Assembly: GCA_009602725.1 (NCBI GenBank)
Contig: WELB01000011.1
Location: 728,652 to 767,784, forward strand
Length of the DNA stretch: 39,133 nt
From: Spirogloea muscicola
Taxonomy: Eukaryota
Direction of reading: 5' to 3'
Positions within the stretch are counted from its first letter, which is position 1, and each line of letters starts with the position of its first letter. Below are positions 29,276 through 39,133 of the stretch, one piece after another. A program made the position numbers and the translations under genes. The notes under the pieces were generated by a model, which worked only from the letters and a program-made list of their open reading frames with translations, made no database searches and was not told the DNA's origin.

Positions 29276-29510
29276 TGTGCTAACACAGTGTCAAGCATAA
29301 ATACTTTCCATTCAGCCTCCTTGATCTTCCGCAGAGGGGCTCATTCTGAAGCAGCTCAAACTCTAAGTTGTGTATGGCAATGCACCACAATGTCTAACAA
29401 TCTGTGCTAGACCACACGGTGTCAAGCATAAATAGTCTCCCTTCGGCCTCCTTAGTCTTCCTCAGAAGGGCTCATTCTGAAGTAGCTACACCTCTAGATT
29501 GCGTGTGCCA
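29276..29510 (+). repeat. Diverged tandem duplication, period 131 bp, downstream of KAI2
   Basis: gtgtcaagcataaata recurs at 29288 and 29419, and gggctcattctgaag recurs in register. Confidence 0.85.
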
Positions 29511-29725
29511 CACGTCCTTGAACAAGTATCTCTTGCCCTCCTTGATAGCGGATCCTGCCCACGTCAACACCTCCCAATAAGGAGCCCAAGTTGGAGGTCT
29601 CATGAATCATAGGAACCTCATGGCTTCTTACACACTAGCCACACAAGAGCACGCCAAGCTCCATGTAGAGTAGTCCTTTCAATCGGTAGAATTGACAAGC
29701 TACCTCTTCATTCCCTTTCCTTGCT

Positions 29726-31118
29726 TCATATGCATCCAACAAGATGCCGCCTCAAACTTTGAACCACGACTTCAGGCGAGCTTAGCTGTGGGAGGTGACC
29801 CTGGGTCTGGAGTATCTCCACCACGCTTCTTCCCCCAAGTGTCATGTGCAAATACTCGGCAACAACAACCGGCACAGCCATGTCATTGTTGCTCTGCAAA
29901 ATGTGGCAGGGCACCGTGACCAGAGGTAGTAATCTCTTCAAATCGCTCTGTTGCAGAAGAGAGCAGCAATTGCGCAGCATTAGACAAGTGCGCAAACATG
30001 CAGCACTCTGCATCATGAATGTCCCCAACCGGACTCCAGCTTTGAACGCTGATGGATCCAGAATGACAACGTCCAGTGGTGGATATAGACGTCTCTCATC
30101 AGGCTGCTGCAGTTCTTTTTCTCTTGCCAAAGGATGTGGTGGGGTGGTCAGCAGGCCAAAAGTCAGGAATGACAAGCGAATCAACTTGAAAGGCTGTCCA
30201 TGATGCCTGCTGATGACAGCAGGCCACGTCATGTGCACCTGGAAGATGGTCTTAGCCACACTTAAAGCAATGTCAGGTCTGATGCTGAAGACAGTGCGAC
30301 TGAATTCTTGCACGGCATTGGACTCAATATCGGCTCCAACTGCCAGCGGTGCAAACCCTGATACCCAAGCCTTGAAATTCTGCTGCATAGCCTCGAAGAG
30401 CCCATTCAAGTCCTCCTGCTCAAAGCCCCCAAAGTAGTCCTTGTCATTCAGGTATCTGTTGCACAGGCGAATGCAACACATTAGCGCAGGCAAATTACAT
30501 AAGAACGCTGATGACTCGTGCAGGCAATTGGTGAGGGGTCAAGCGAGATCATTAAAGACTTTCTTGCGCCTGTGAAATTTCTGTTAAAAGAAAGCACAGC
30601 GGGCGCTCAAAGGTCCTTCATTACTGTGACCACAGCTTTGTCAGCACATTACCTTTGTGCAAGGTGGACTCGTACGAGAAATTGCAAGATCAATACATGC
30701 TAGACCTCTCTGAGCAACTTGATAATTGCAAATATACTGTACGGAGAGTCCACCTTGGAGATGCAGAGATCATGATAATCTTCTCGAAGACCTCGGGACG
30801 CTCGATAGAGGCCAGACAGCCGATCATGCCGGACACGGAGTGACCAACATAGATGCAGCTCTCCACGTCGAGCTCGTCGAGGATGGCGAGCAGGTCGTCG
30901 GCATAGGCATGCAGCGTGGCGTAGCGCCTGAACGAGAAGTTCTCGGGATTGGTGGAGCCAGCCCCCATGAGGTCGAAGAGGATGAGGCGGTAGTCATCGA
31001 CGAGGTGCGGGATGATGTGCTGCCAGGAGGAGGAGTCGCTGCCGAAGCCATGCGAGAGGACGACGAGCTTCTCCCCGGAGCCGACCACCCGCAGATTGTG
31101 CTGGTCCAGGACGGACAT
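29726..31118 (-). CDS. KAI2: KARRIKIN INSENSITIVE 2-like alpha/beta hydrolase, 3 exons (31118-30754, 30455-30239, 29947-29726)
   Basis: The protein reads [42 protein letters not shown] (catalytic Ser), [54 protein letters not shown] (Asp) and GHLPQLSSP (His). SPRY and FKAW are KAI2-type rather than D14-type. Confidence 0.95.
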
Positions 31119-31139
31119 GGAGGCGGCGCCGCCGTCGCC

Positions 31140-31206
31140 GCCGCCGCCGCCNCCGCGGTCGCCGCCGCGGTCGCCGCCGCGGTCGCCGCCGCGATCGCCG
31201 CCGCGG
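31140..31206. repeat. 12-bp GC-rich minisatellite (CCGCGGTCGCCG)n in the KAI2 5' leader
   Basis: About 4-5 units read directly; they give the GGDR repeats in the ORF track. Confidence 0.85.
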
Positions 31207-31343
31207 CGGCAGAGGCTGACAACGACGGCGGCAAAGACGGCGGCGGCGGCGCACAGGATCGCGGGGGGGGTCGGGCGTGCCGGTGAGGGCGTCAGATGTC
31301 GGCCGGCCAGTGCACACGGCGCCCGGGCGAAAAAGAAGTAAGT

Positions 31344-33400
31344 GCGGCCAGATTGACTGGTGGCTGGGAAAGGCCAACCCAAATGAAACAATGTCTGAAG
31401 GAGCCGGAGTGCGAAGGACTAGAACTAAGACATCAGCCAGGAGATGGAAGTTCTTGATAGAAGAAGCGCGGCCAGATTTGACTGGTAGCTGGGAAAGGCC
31501 AGCCCAAAGGAATGGACAAGGTCTGAGGGAGCCTGAGTGCGAACACTTGAGTAGATAGCCGGCGGAAAGACGTCGCCCTGACGGAAGCCGGAGGCCGCCG
31601 CCAAAGCTCGGCCTGCGCGCAAGTGAACCGCGGGCGAAAGGAATGGAAGTGTGTTTCGAGTGGTGGAGTACCTGAGCGGTCAAGTACAAAGAAGGCGCGC
31701 GGGGCGCATGAAAGCAAAGGCCAATTTTAGCCAATACGTTGTTCAGGCAGAGCCTAGTGCACACTAAACAAGGCTACAGAAGAGAGAAGGCTCGCGGGGC
31801 GCATATGGTGACTAAGGTGACATTAGTACCCACGGGTGAGCGGTACAAAGGCAAGGGGGCCAGGGCAGCCAGCCTGGGCGCAGCTGGCCCCCTCTCCTTG
31901 CTCACCCAGCTCGCCCGCCACGCCATCGCCCGTCGCTTCCATGGGGAGCCGGTGGACTTTCCTGCAGCCGGGTCGCTAGCGCAGGTGTACCGGATGCGCT
32001 TGGCCGTCTCGCTGCAGCGGGCGATGGCCCGCGCGCTGCACCTGCGGGCCGGCAGAATAGAAGGTGCTCGCCCATTGAGAAGAGGGGCTGGCAAAGCCAA
32101 CCCAAAAAGAATGGACAATGTTCAAAGCCAAAGAAAGAGGTGCTGAAAAAGGACTACACTACAAAGTGCAAGATGGTGCAGAGGGAGATGCAGATGGCTG
32201 CTCAGTATCCACGTGTGAGCAACAGCAGATCAGAGTAACTCGGAGCAGGAGAAGCGGCACTTTGCCGAGACCCGGAAGCAGCAGCCATAGCACGGCCAGC
32301 CCGCGCGTGGACCGCATGAGCCAAAGAGCGCTGCAGCGAGACCGCCAGCCTCATCCGAAAGACCTGCGAGAGGGAGCCAGCAGCATTGAAGCCTGGCGAA
32401 CCCTGCCGCCGCTCGATGGCCTCCCGTGCAAGCCGCTGGAGGAGATCCAACCAGCCACTGCCAAATGCCCCGTGTACGTCAATGGCCAGTGCCGCGAAGG
32501 CATCGCCTGGAGGGTGGTCAGAGTACTTGCGCTCCTTACTCCGAGGCAGAGCCCTCGCTGCTGCCTCTGGCTCTGGCCAGGGGACCCACTTCCAGGAGCC
32601 TAGCGTATCTGACCTTAGGCTGCTTAGCAGGGGTTACTGAGTGATCTGTAGCTGCCTTCTTTCTGTGTGCTTGTTTTTCTTAGCGCTTCCCCTGGCCCCC
32701 TTCTCGTCCTTTGTCGATTCTTTTTTGGGCTGGCTTTTCCAGCCCGTATTCTCAATGGGCGAGCACTTTCTCCGCCCCGCCTGGCCTTCACGCGCGGGGA
32801 GCCATGCGCGTGAGTCCGCGGCGGCGCAGGCCACATGGCCAGGAGAGGCGCCCCGTCGCAGTGGCGGCCCATCGACCGGGAAGCTCATTCCTGGACTTCC
32901 GTCTCAGTGGCGGCCCATTGACACAATAGAATCAAGACGCTCTTCCAAGCTTTTCTTTTCGGGCTGGCTTTTCACAGCCCTTGCCCCCATTGGAAGTGCC
33001 ACTTCCCTCTTGTGGGTTCTGATGTCACCTTAGGCACCTTAGTGTAGGTGTCCGTACTATGTAGCCATGTTTCGTTTGCCCTAGATTCTGCCTGAACAAT
33101 GTATTGGCTTGAACTGGCCTCCATTTCATTTCATGCGCCCCGCGCGCCTCTCTCTCTTCCTAAGGGCTGTGAGTGGGACCCACTTCCAGGACCCTAGCCT
33201 CTCTGATTTGCGGCTGCTTAGCAGGGGTTACGGAGTAATTTGTAGCTGCTTTCTTTCTTTGTGTGCTTTGGTTTCTTAGCGCTTCCTCTGGCTTCCTCTG
33301 GCCCCCTTCTCGTTCTTTGTTCATTCTTTTTTGGGCTGGCTTGTCCAGCCCCTATCCTCAATGGGCGAGCCCTTTCTTCTGTGAGTGGCTTTCACAGCCG
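31344..33400. mobile_element. Cluster 3 of stacked 3'-terminal retroelement fragments between divergent KAI2 and RabGAP genes
   Basis: Remnants: 31630-31552(-; VHLRAGRALAAASGFRQGD), 31890-32055(+; LSLLTQLARHAIARR..AAGSLAQVYRMRLAVSLQRAMARALHLRAGR), 32450-32202(-; DLLQRLAREAIERR..FRMRLAVSLQRSLAHAVHARAGRAMAAASG..DLLLLTRGY*), 32541-32640(+) and 33175-33233(+). Hairpins start at 31362, 31487, 32085, 32727, 32961 and 33333. Confidence 0.8.
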
Positions 33401-33653
33401 TTGCCTCCTGTTATTTCCGTCGTGGGGCAGTGCGATTGCTTGCTAGACGAGAGAAGGCGTGCGCCCTCAGCTGCCAGTCGCCGGCCGCTGGCGCCGCTGC
33501 CGCCGACACGAGCGAATTGCCGGTGAAGGGCTGGGCCCAGTACCTACATTGCTATACCGTCAAATCAGGGCCCCCCGCATCGCCTTCAAATATCAGCAGC
33601 CGCGTTCTTCTCCTGCATTCGAGAGCGGGCGACTGGCGCCCCCGTAAGCAAGC

Positions 33654-36418
33654 ATGGCTGCCGAGCTGCTCGCCGAGGTGGCCTTCTCAGCGGAGGAGAA
33701 GGCGGTAGCTGCGCCGCCAGCGCCGCCGCCGTCGCTGCATCGCTCAGAGGACCGCATAGCCTCGTTTCGAGCCGAGGTAAGGGCTCCAAGAATCTCCGCC
33801 AAGATGTATTCCACATGATAGCTTCACTGCTAGCTGAATGAGGCGGTCATGTGGAGTATCGAGCACGAAGACCTCCTTCACGTATGCTGTGTACATTATA
33901 TCCGCTTCCTCTCAGTCACTTTGCAACGTGTCTTACCGGCAGGCACGAGTTGGGATGGGGCAGCTGATAAATGAGGGTCTATCTTGGAACTATGTCCAAT
34001 GCTGCCTGCTCGTAAGAGGATGTCCTACCTGCAGCTGACGCTAGCACGCCTGCAATGCAGCTGTCCAGGGACAGAATTCAGCTGGCGGCGCTGCAGGCCC
34101 TCGCATGGGATGGCATCCCAGAGGATGGCAGCCTCCGATCCACTGTATGGAAGGCAAGTGTCGAACAACCTCACACTGCAGCAGCTATCTGTCCTCGCTT
34201 GTACGCACAATAGTTCCGTTAAAGAGCTTGACAATGGCTCCTGTATGTGGCAACAGCTCTCTGGGTCTTGACTACATGGACTGAGTGTGCGCGTTTTGTA
34301 CTAATGTCAAGCAATGGCTTAAGTAACAGCATGGATAGGTGCAGGCTCGGCCCTGCCGGGCCGGCCAGCTTCTCTTGCACTGCTTGCTTCTGACGTGGCA
34401 GCTTCTGCGGCAGTAGTTGCTGCTGCGCTACCTGCCTGTGCAAAGGGAGGCCTGGACTGCCGAGCTGAGGAAGAAGCGGGCCGAGTATGCCCAGTTTCAG
34501 GCAGAGCTGATGATGAACCCTGTGAGAAGCTGAACTCGGCCTTCTAAGCTGCAGCAAAGCACTTCTCTGTAGCAAAGGAGGAGGTCAGCTATTGCACAGA
34601 AGTGGTGGCAGTAGCTAATAGCAGCTTTCAGGTTGTGACATGTGCAAGTTTGTTGAGGTCTTGTTGCTGTGCTCCGTGGTCCTGTCAATCTCAATCTTGG
34701 GAGGTAGTACTAATCTCAAGACCGACATATATTAGCTGTGCCCACAGTCAGAAATCTCTCGGAGGAGAGCTGAGGAAGGTGGAGCAGAGCGGGACAGTGG
34801 AACAGAGGAGGTGGAAGGAGCGCTCCGGAGGCTAGATGTTTCTAACGATGATCACCCGCTCAGCACGGGGACAACGTCCGTCTGGCACAAGTTCTTTCAG
34901 GCATGCCCTGGAAGCTAAATTCCTAATAGCCGCTTGATTGGCTAGTTAAACGCTTTGCGGCAGCCTGCACAAGCTGATTGTATCCATGCTTATGCAAGCA
35001 CTAGATGTAGCCAGCAAGATGTGCCTCCCTTTGTAAGTCAGCCAAGCAGCACTTGAGACTAGTGATTCTATAGTGTGTGGTTCTGCAGGGCTGGTGAGAA
35101 GCTTTAGCTTAGGTTTGCCAAGCCTGATACTAGCCGAGTCGTGCCTGCGTGCAGGACAATGAGCTTGTGGAGCAAATCGAGAGGGATGTATTGCGGACAC
35201 ATCCTGACATGCACTTCTTTAACAGCGGCGACAGTAATGCTGAGGCCAACAAGGCATCTTTGCGTCGGTCGCTCTTCATCTATGCAAAGCTCAACCCTGG
35301 CATCCAGTATGTTCAAGGCATGAATGAGGTGCTTGCACCACTGCTATATGTCTTCAGGACAGATCCAGACCCCTCCATCTCTGTGAGTGCTGGCCCGGAA
35401 GTCATTTTATTGAGAAAAACTATCCTCAACACTCCAACAGTAACAAATGTAGACATGTCCTATGTACACAATTTCATGAACACGTTGCTTGTATCCCCGG
35501 CCCGAAGTCCCCAATTTCTTGACCTACAGCTAGCTCTTACACAGGGCAGGCGCTAGGTCCGGTATTTTAGTGACATATAGTAGAGGTTCACCTATAGCGA
35601 GGTCAAAGTGGTGCTTGTCTTACTTCTGCAGCATTCTGGTCGTGATGGCATTTGTCTTCAGGAACATGCAGAAGCAGATTCTTTCTTCTGCTTTGTAGCT
35701 TTGTTGGCGGAGTTTCGGGACCACTTTGTGCAAAAGTTGGACAACAGTGTTGTTGGTATCAAAGCCACTCTCTCACGCCTTTCCTTGCTCCTGAGAAACA
35801 ATGATGAGGAGCTCTGGCAACACCTTGAAGAACACAAGGTACAGCTCTCTGCGACAAGATATGGGGGACGTTTCAGGCACCATCCTCACATAGTCAGAAT
35901 GGCTTTTACAGGCACAGAATGAGAGATGTTTGTGCTGAGCACGGTCTTGCAAAGTTGGCCCAAAGCTTGTTGTTGTTCAGTATCGGAGTTCTATTCACTC
36001 ATCGTACTACTTTGTCTCCAGGTCGACCCGCACTTCTATGCATTTCGGTGGATCACCCTGCTCCTCACTCAAGAGTTCAGCTTTGAAGACAGCCTTCGCT
36101 TGTGGGACTCGCTTTTGAGCAGTGAAAAGGGGCCTATGGTGAGTAGCACAAAAGAGCAACACAAACAGTTAGTAACAGAGATGAGTTGTCGAAGCTGCCT
36201 GGAAGTAATCTTGCAAAGGTACAGTGAGTCTTGCCCTGCTCAAGATCACCTTGTATACTGGACAGGACACTCTTCTGCACATTTGCTGCGCGATGTTGCT
36301 GTGCATACGCTCAAGGCTGCTGGCAGGAGACTTCACCACCAACCTCAAGCTCCTACAACACTACCCTCGGATCAGCATCCAGACTATCATCGAAGCAGCA
36401 CGACAGATCAGAACGTGA
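33654..36418 (+). CDS. TBC-domain Rab GTPase-activating protein (TBC1D13-like), 8 exons
   Basis: The protein reads MAAELLAE..., GIPEDGSLRSTVWK|LLLRYLP, DDHPLS, QIERDVLRTHPDMHFF (IxxDxxR), AKLNPGIQYVQGMNEVLAP (YxQ), AEADSFFCF, FYAFRWITLLLTQEF..LRLWD and GDFTTNLKLLQHYP. TGA is at 36416-36418. Two donors are GC. Confidence 0.93.
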
Positions 36419-37023
36419 CACAAGGCTCCTCACCCAGGCCCCACTCTACAAGTACGGCAGTACCGTGCTTGGCTGCAGAAGTCCAGCCTTTTCTTCAAGG
36501 ATGCTACCTAACGAATTGCAGGCAACCAAGTGGTCACATTGTTTGCCCGCCCTTTGCTCGGATTCACCTAAATTTGGTGGCATAAGCAAGCATCACGCCT
36601 ACGCATCTGCGGGGCACTGGATGACGAGGAAAGATGCTTGCTGCTTGATGAGTGTTGTTACAGTCCAGTCAGGCATTTAGCAGAGGGAAGAAATGTTGGC
36701 ATTGCCGCAAAAGAAGCTGCACATACAGGGGCTCGCCGTGATGACCCTAAGGGTCAGCGAGCTACACAAGCCTTCACTACCCCATGAGAGGGAGGGGAGG
36801 ATGGCAGCGTGCATAACAGGAGCATTAATGCCTCAGGGCTATCTAAGGACCTCCACTGCCGCTCCACTGTGCATGCATCATAGCTGGTACAGTAGGCAGC
36901 CGCTCCTCCGGAGGGGCATCAAACAGCCAAGGCTGCTGCTGCTGATTAAGAAGTCACAGAAAGTGACCCTTGTCCTGCCACTGGAGCTGCTTCAATCCAG
37001 GAAGGGGTCTCGAATGGAGCGGC

Positions 37024-39133
37024 CTAATGCCTCTTCTTCTTGAGGATACGGTGGGCCGCTGGCTTGCCTGAGGCAGGCTTCTGCATCACCATGACCAGGC
37101 CAGCAAAGGACGTCAACATGGGACGAAGGGCTTATGGATAAGAACATGACAGCTACTGCGGCTGCCCTCTTTTGTGCTTGAGGTATGCAGTAAGAAAGGC
37201 AATAAGAAGCAGGGCAGCTTAAGGTGGAGGACACCACCTTGACCAAGTGTTGCACAGCTGCACAGAGGCCAGCAAACGCTAACCCTCCGAGCACAAGCCA
37301 AGCGCAAGCTTGCTCAGCCCCTTGCTTTCTTGTCTGAGACTGAAGCACCTTCAGGCGCCTGCATAGGGTGAGAGCGAAGGCTTAAGGGCAAGCCCAACAA
37401 CATACTTCAGAGAGACAAGATGTGCAGCTACCCCCCTTTTAAATCTGAGGTCGCTTGCATACAGCTCTAGAATGTGAGGGAGATGCCATCTGATACTATA
37501 TCTATATCTATATTCATACCATATCTATCTACCTACTATGTTTACCATATTGACTGATGACCAAACAATACAGCTGTCTGTAGGATGCTGACTTTGTGCC
37601 TCTGCTACACGCGACCACCAAGCGCTGCGTTCTGGCGACTTGTACCCGAAGGCCTCATTGAAGTCCCCCTTGAGTACTGTGCTCTCCTGTACGTGGAACA
37701 CAGCGTCCTTCTGCACAAGAAGCAAACAGACCTTGCCGACCTTGAGCAAGTCATCTGCTGAATAGGCTCCGGCCAGATAGCCCGCATGCCACAAAGTCCT
37801 ACCAGGAATTTAGGGCTCAATTGTGAAACTCGAGATAAGTACAGCCTTCCATTACAAAATGATAACTACGGCAGCAAGCAATCTCATGGCTGTCGTTGAC
37901 GGCAAGGGAAGTGCAAAGGGAGCTCGGGACATGCCCTGAAGCCGAGGACAAAGAGCGTGTTGCCGAGGCAGTAGTGCAGCAGCGCATGCCATACGTCAAG
38001 CTGCAGGCCTTCGCAAAAGGCGTCCGCCTGGGCAGACCAACAAGCCAGTGGGCACCCAAGCACTCAGGCTTCAACAAGACAAATAGTGCACCTTGAGTGG
38101 CATGGCCTCTCCAGCACAGTGCCGGCGCTGTGCACTGGGTAGCTTGGTGAGTCCCACCAGAGAGCTCGCAACCGCGGAAGTTGCCAGTCTGGGTGACACT
38201 TACAGCGTCATCGTAGTTGCCAAGGAGATAGTGCACCGATCCAAAATTCATCCAAAGGTCAGCATGCGTCTGCGTGTAGGATGCGGCGCGGCACAGTCAA
38301 CGCTCTGATCAGCTTGGGGACTATACGAAGCCACATCCACAGCCATGCTTTGTATCAGGAAATGCCAATGGCATTGAGAACGTGGAGCTGACCTCCAGCT
38401 CCAGTGACCGCTTCATGCTGAGCAGCGCCCTGTCGAGATCGTTCGACGCGCGGTGGGCTAGCGAGAGGTCATTCCAGATGATGGCATCCTGCAAGATGGC
38501 ATCAGAAGCGGAGCCTTCTCAACTGGTCATAGACGGGAGCTGAGGCGTCACAACGTGGATGCAAATGATCCGCTCAAGCCGGGCAAGCGCATCTGAATCT
38601 GATGGGTTCGGCCGCTCCTTTAACACGACAAAGCTGTGCTTCCGCCGCCGTCCAGCAACATCAGGTGACCGATCGGTGTCCTCGGCCTGCCGCTTACCTC
38701 GCCTGCCAGCTCCATGGAGCGCGTCAGGTGATTCACCACTGCCTCTGCGCCGCCGTGGGTACTGCTCCCAAGGTCGCACGATTGCAGCACCCATCACAGC
38801 GTCAGTGGTGGCCTTGGAGCCAACGACTGGTGACACGCGGCCGAATCCCGAAGCGGTGGTCTAAGGCCCCACCGCTTCTGCGCTCGCTTGCCGCATGGCA
38901 CTGTGCGCACGCTGTGGTCGAGCCCGCTCTCCCACTGCTCCCCAAGCGCCTCAATTGCGTGCGTAGCCGGCTCAGAGGCCATCATCTCTGACTCTCTGAC
39001 TGTAGACCGCAGCAAGGCAGTCACCTCTTGAAGATGTCCTTGATGGCGCGCTCCGCGCCGCGGCCGTGGTGCAGGGCCTGCGCGCCGCCGCGGCCGCCGC
39101 CGCTCCCATCCTCGCTGGCGGCAGCGGCGGCGG
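37024..39133 (-). CDS. TPR-repeat protein with a C-terminal hydrophobic segment, partial (5' end beyond the window)
   Basis: Spliced minus-strand exons give TPR-like helices DAIIWNDLSLAHRASNDLDRALLSMKRSLELE, THADLWMNFGSVHYLLGNYDDA and FCEGLQLDVWHALLHYCLGNTLFVLG. These are followed by ACAWLVLGGLAFAGLCAAV and a basic tail ..RILKKKRH*. Several exon boundaries are unresolved. Confidence 0.55.

Noticed and set aside
29726..31118. Calling the hydrolase D14 (strigolactone receptor)
   Set aside because: SPRY, FEQEDL, FKAW and HLPQLS match KAI2 rather than D14 (SPRF, HLPHLS).
32770..32935. Minus-strand peptide RRGASPGHVACAAADSR as part of the RLE 'G.AA..A..K' motif, plus an 18-bp direct repeat cagtggcggcccat.gac
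   Set aside because: Suggestive only; it lacks the K..KY and PD..D anchors.

Overview
Intron-rich eukaryotic nuclear DNA from a plant-lineage genome. A streptophyte alga is likely; this is inferred from a KAI2 gene, an EDR1-type kinase and short GC-rich introns. Seven protein genes can be read exon by exon: PRP19 (-), an EDR1/CTR1-family Raf-like kinase (+), a DUF7054/At4g22758-like gene (-, 5' end in an N gap), UDP-glucose pyrophosphorylase (-), KAI2 (-), a TBC1D13-like RabGAP (+) and a partial TPR protein (-). The notable part is intergenic. Four tracts (about 80-700, 17400-19850, 25580-28010, 31340-33400) are dense mosaics of short 3'-terminal fragments of a diverged retroelement family. 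They encode a recurring C-terminus (F.xLAVE..GR...LLxxLARxA...YRMRLxxSLQRxxAxALHxRAGRALAAASG...LLLxRGY*) resembling the restriction-like-endonuclease (RLE) end of CRE/NeSL/R2-type non-LTR retrotransposons. A conserved stem-loop GGGCTGGC-TTTN-CCAGCCC follows, with about 25 copies in total. One tract is folded into two long near-perfect palindromes with unrelated arms that share the same 74-bp loop (A-L-A'-C-B'-L-B). All alignments were done by eye and no searches were run.
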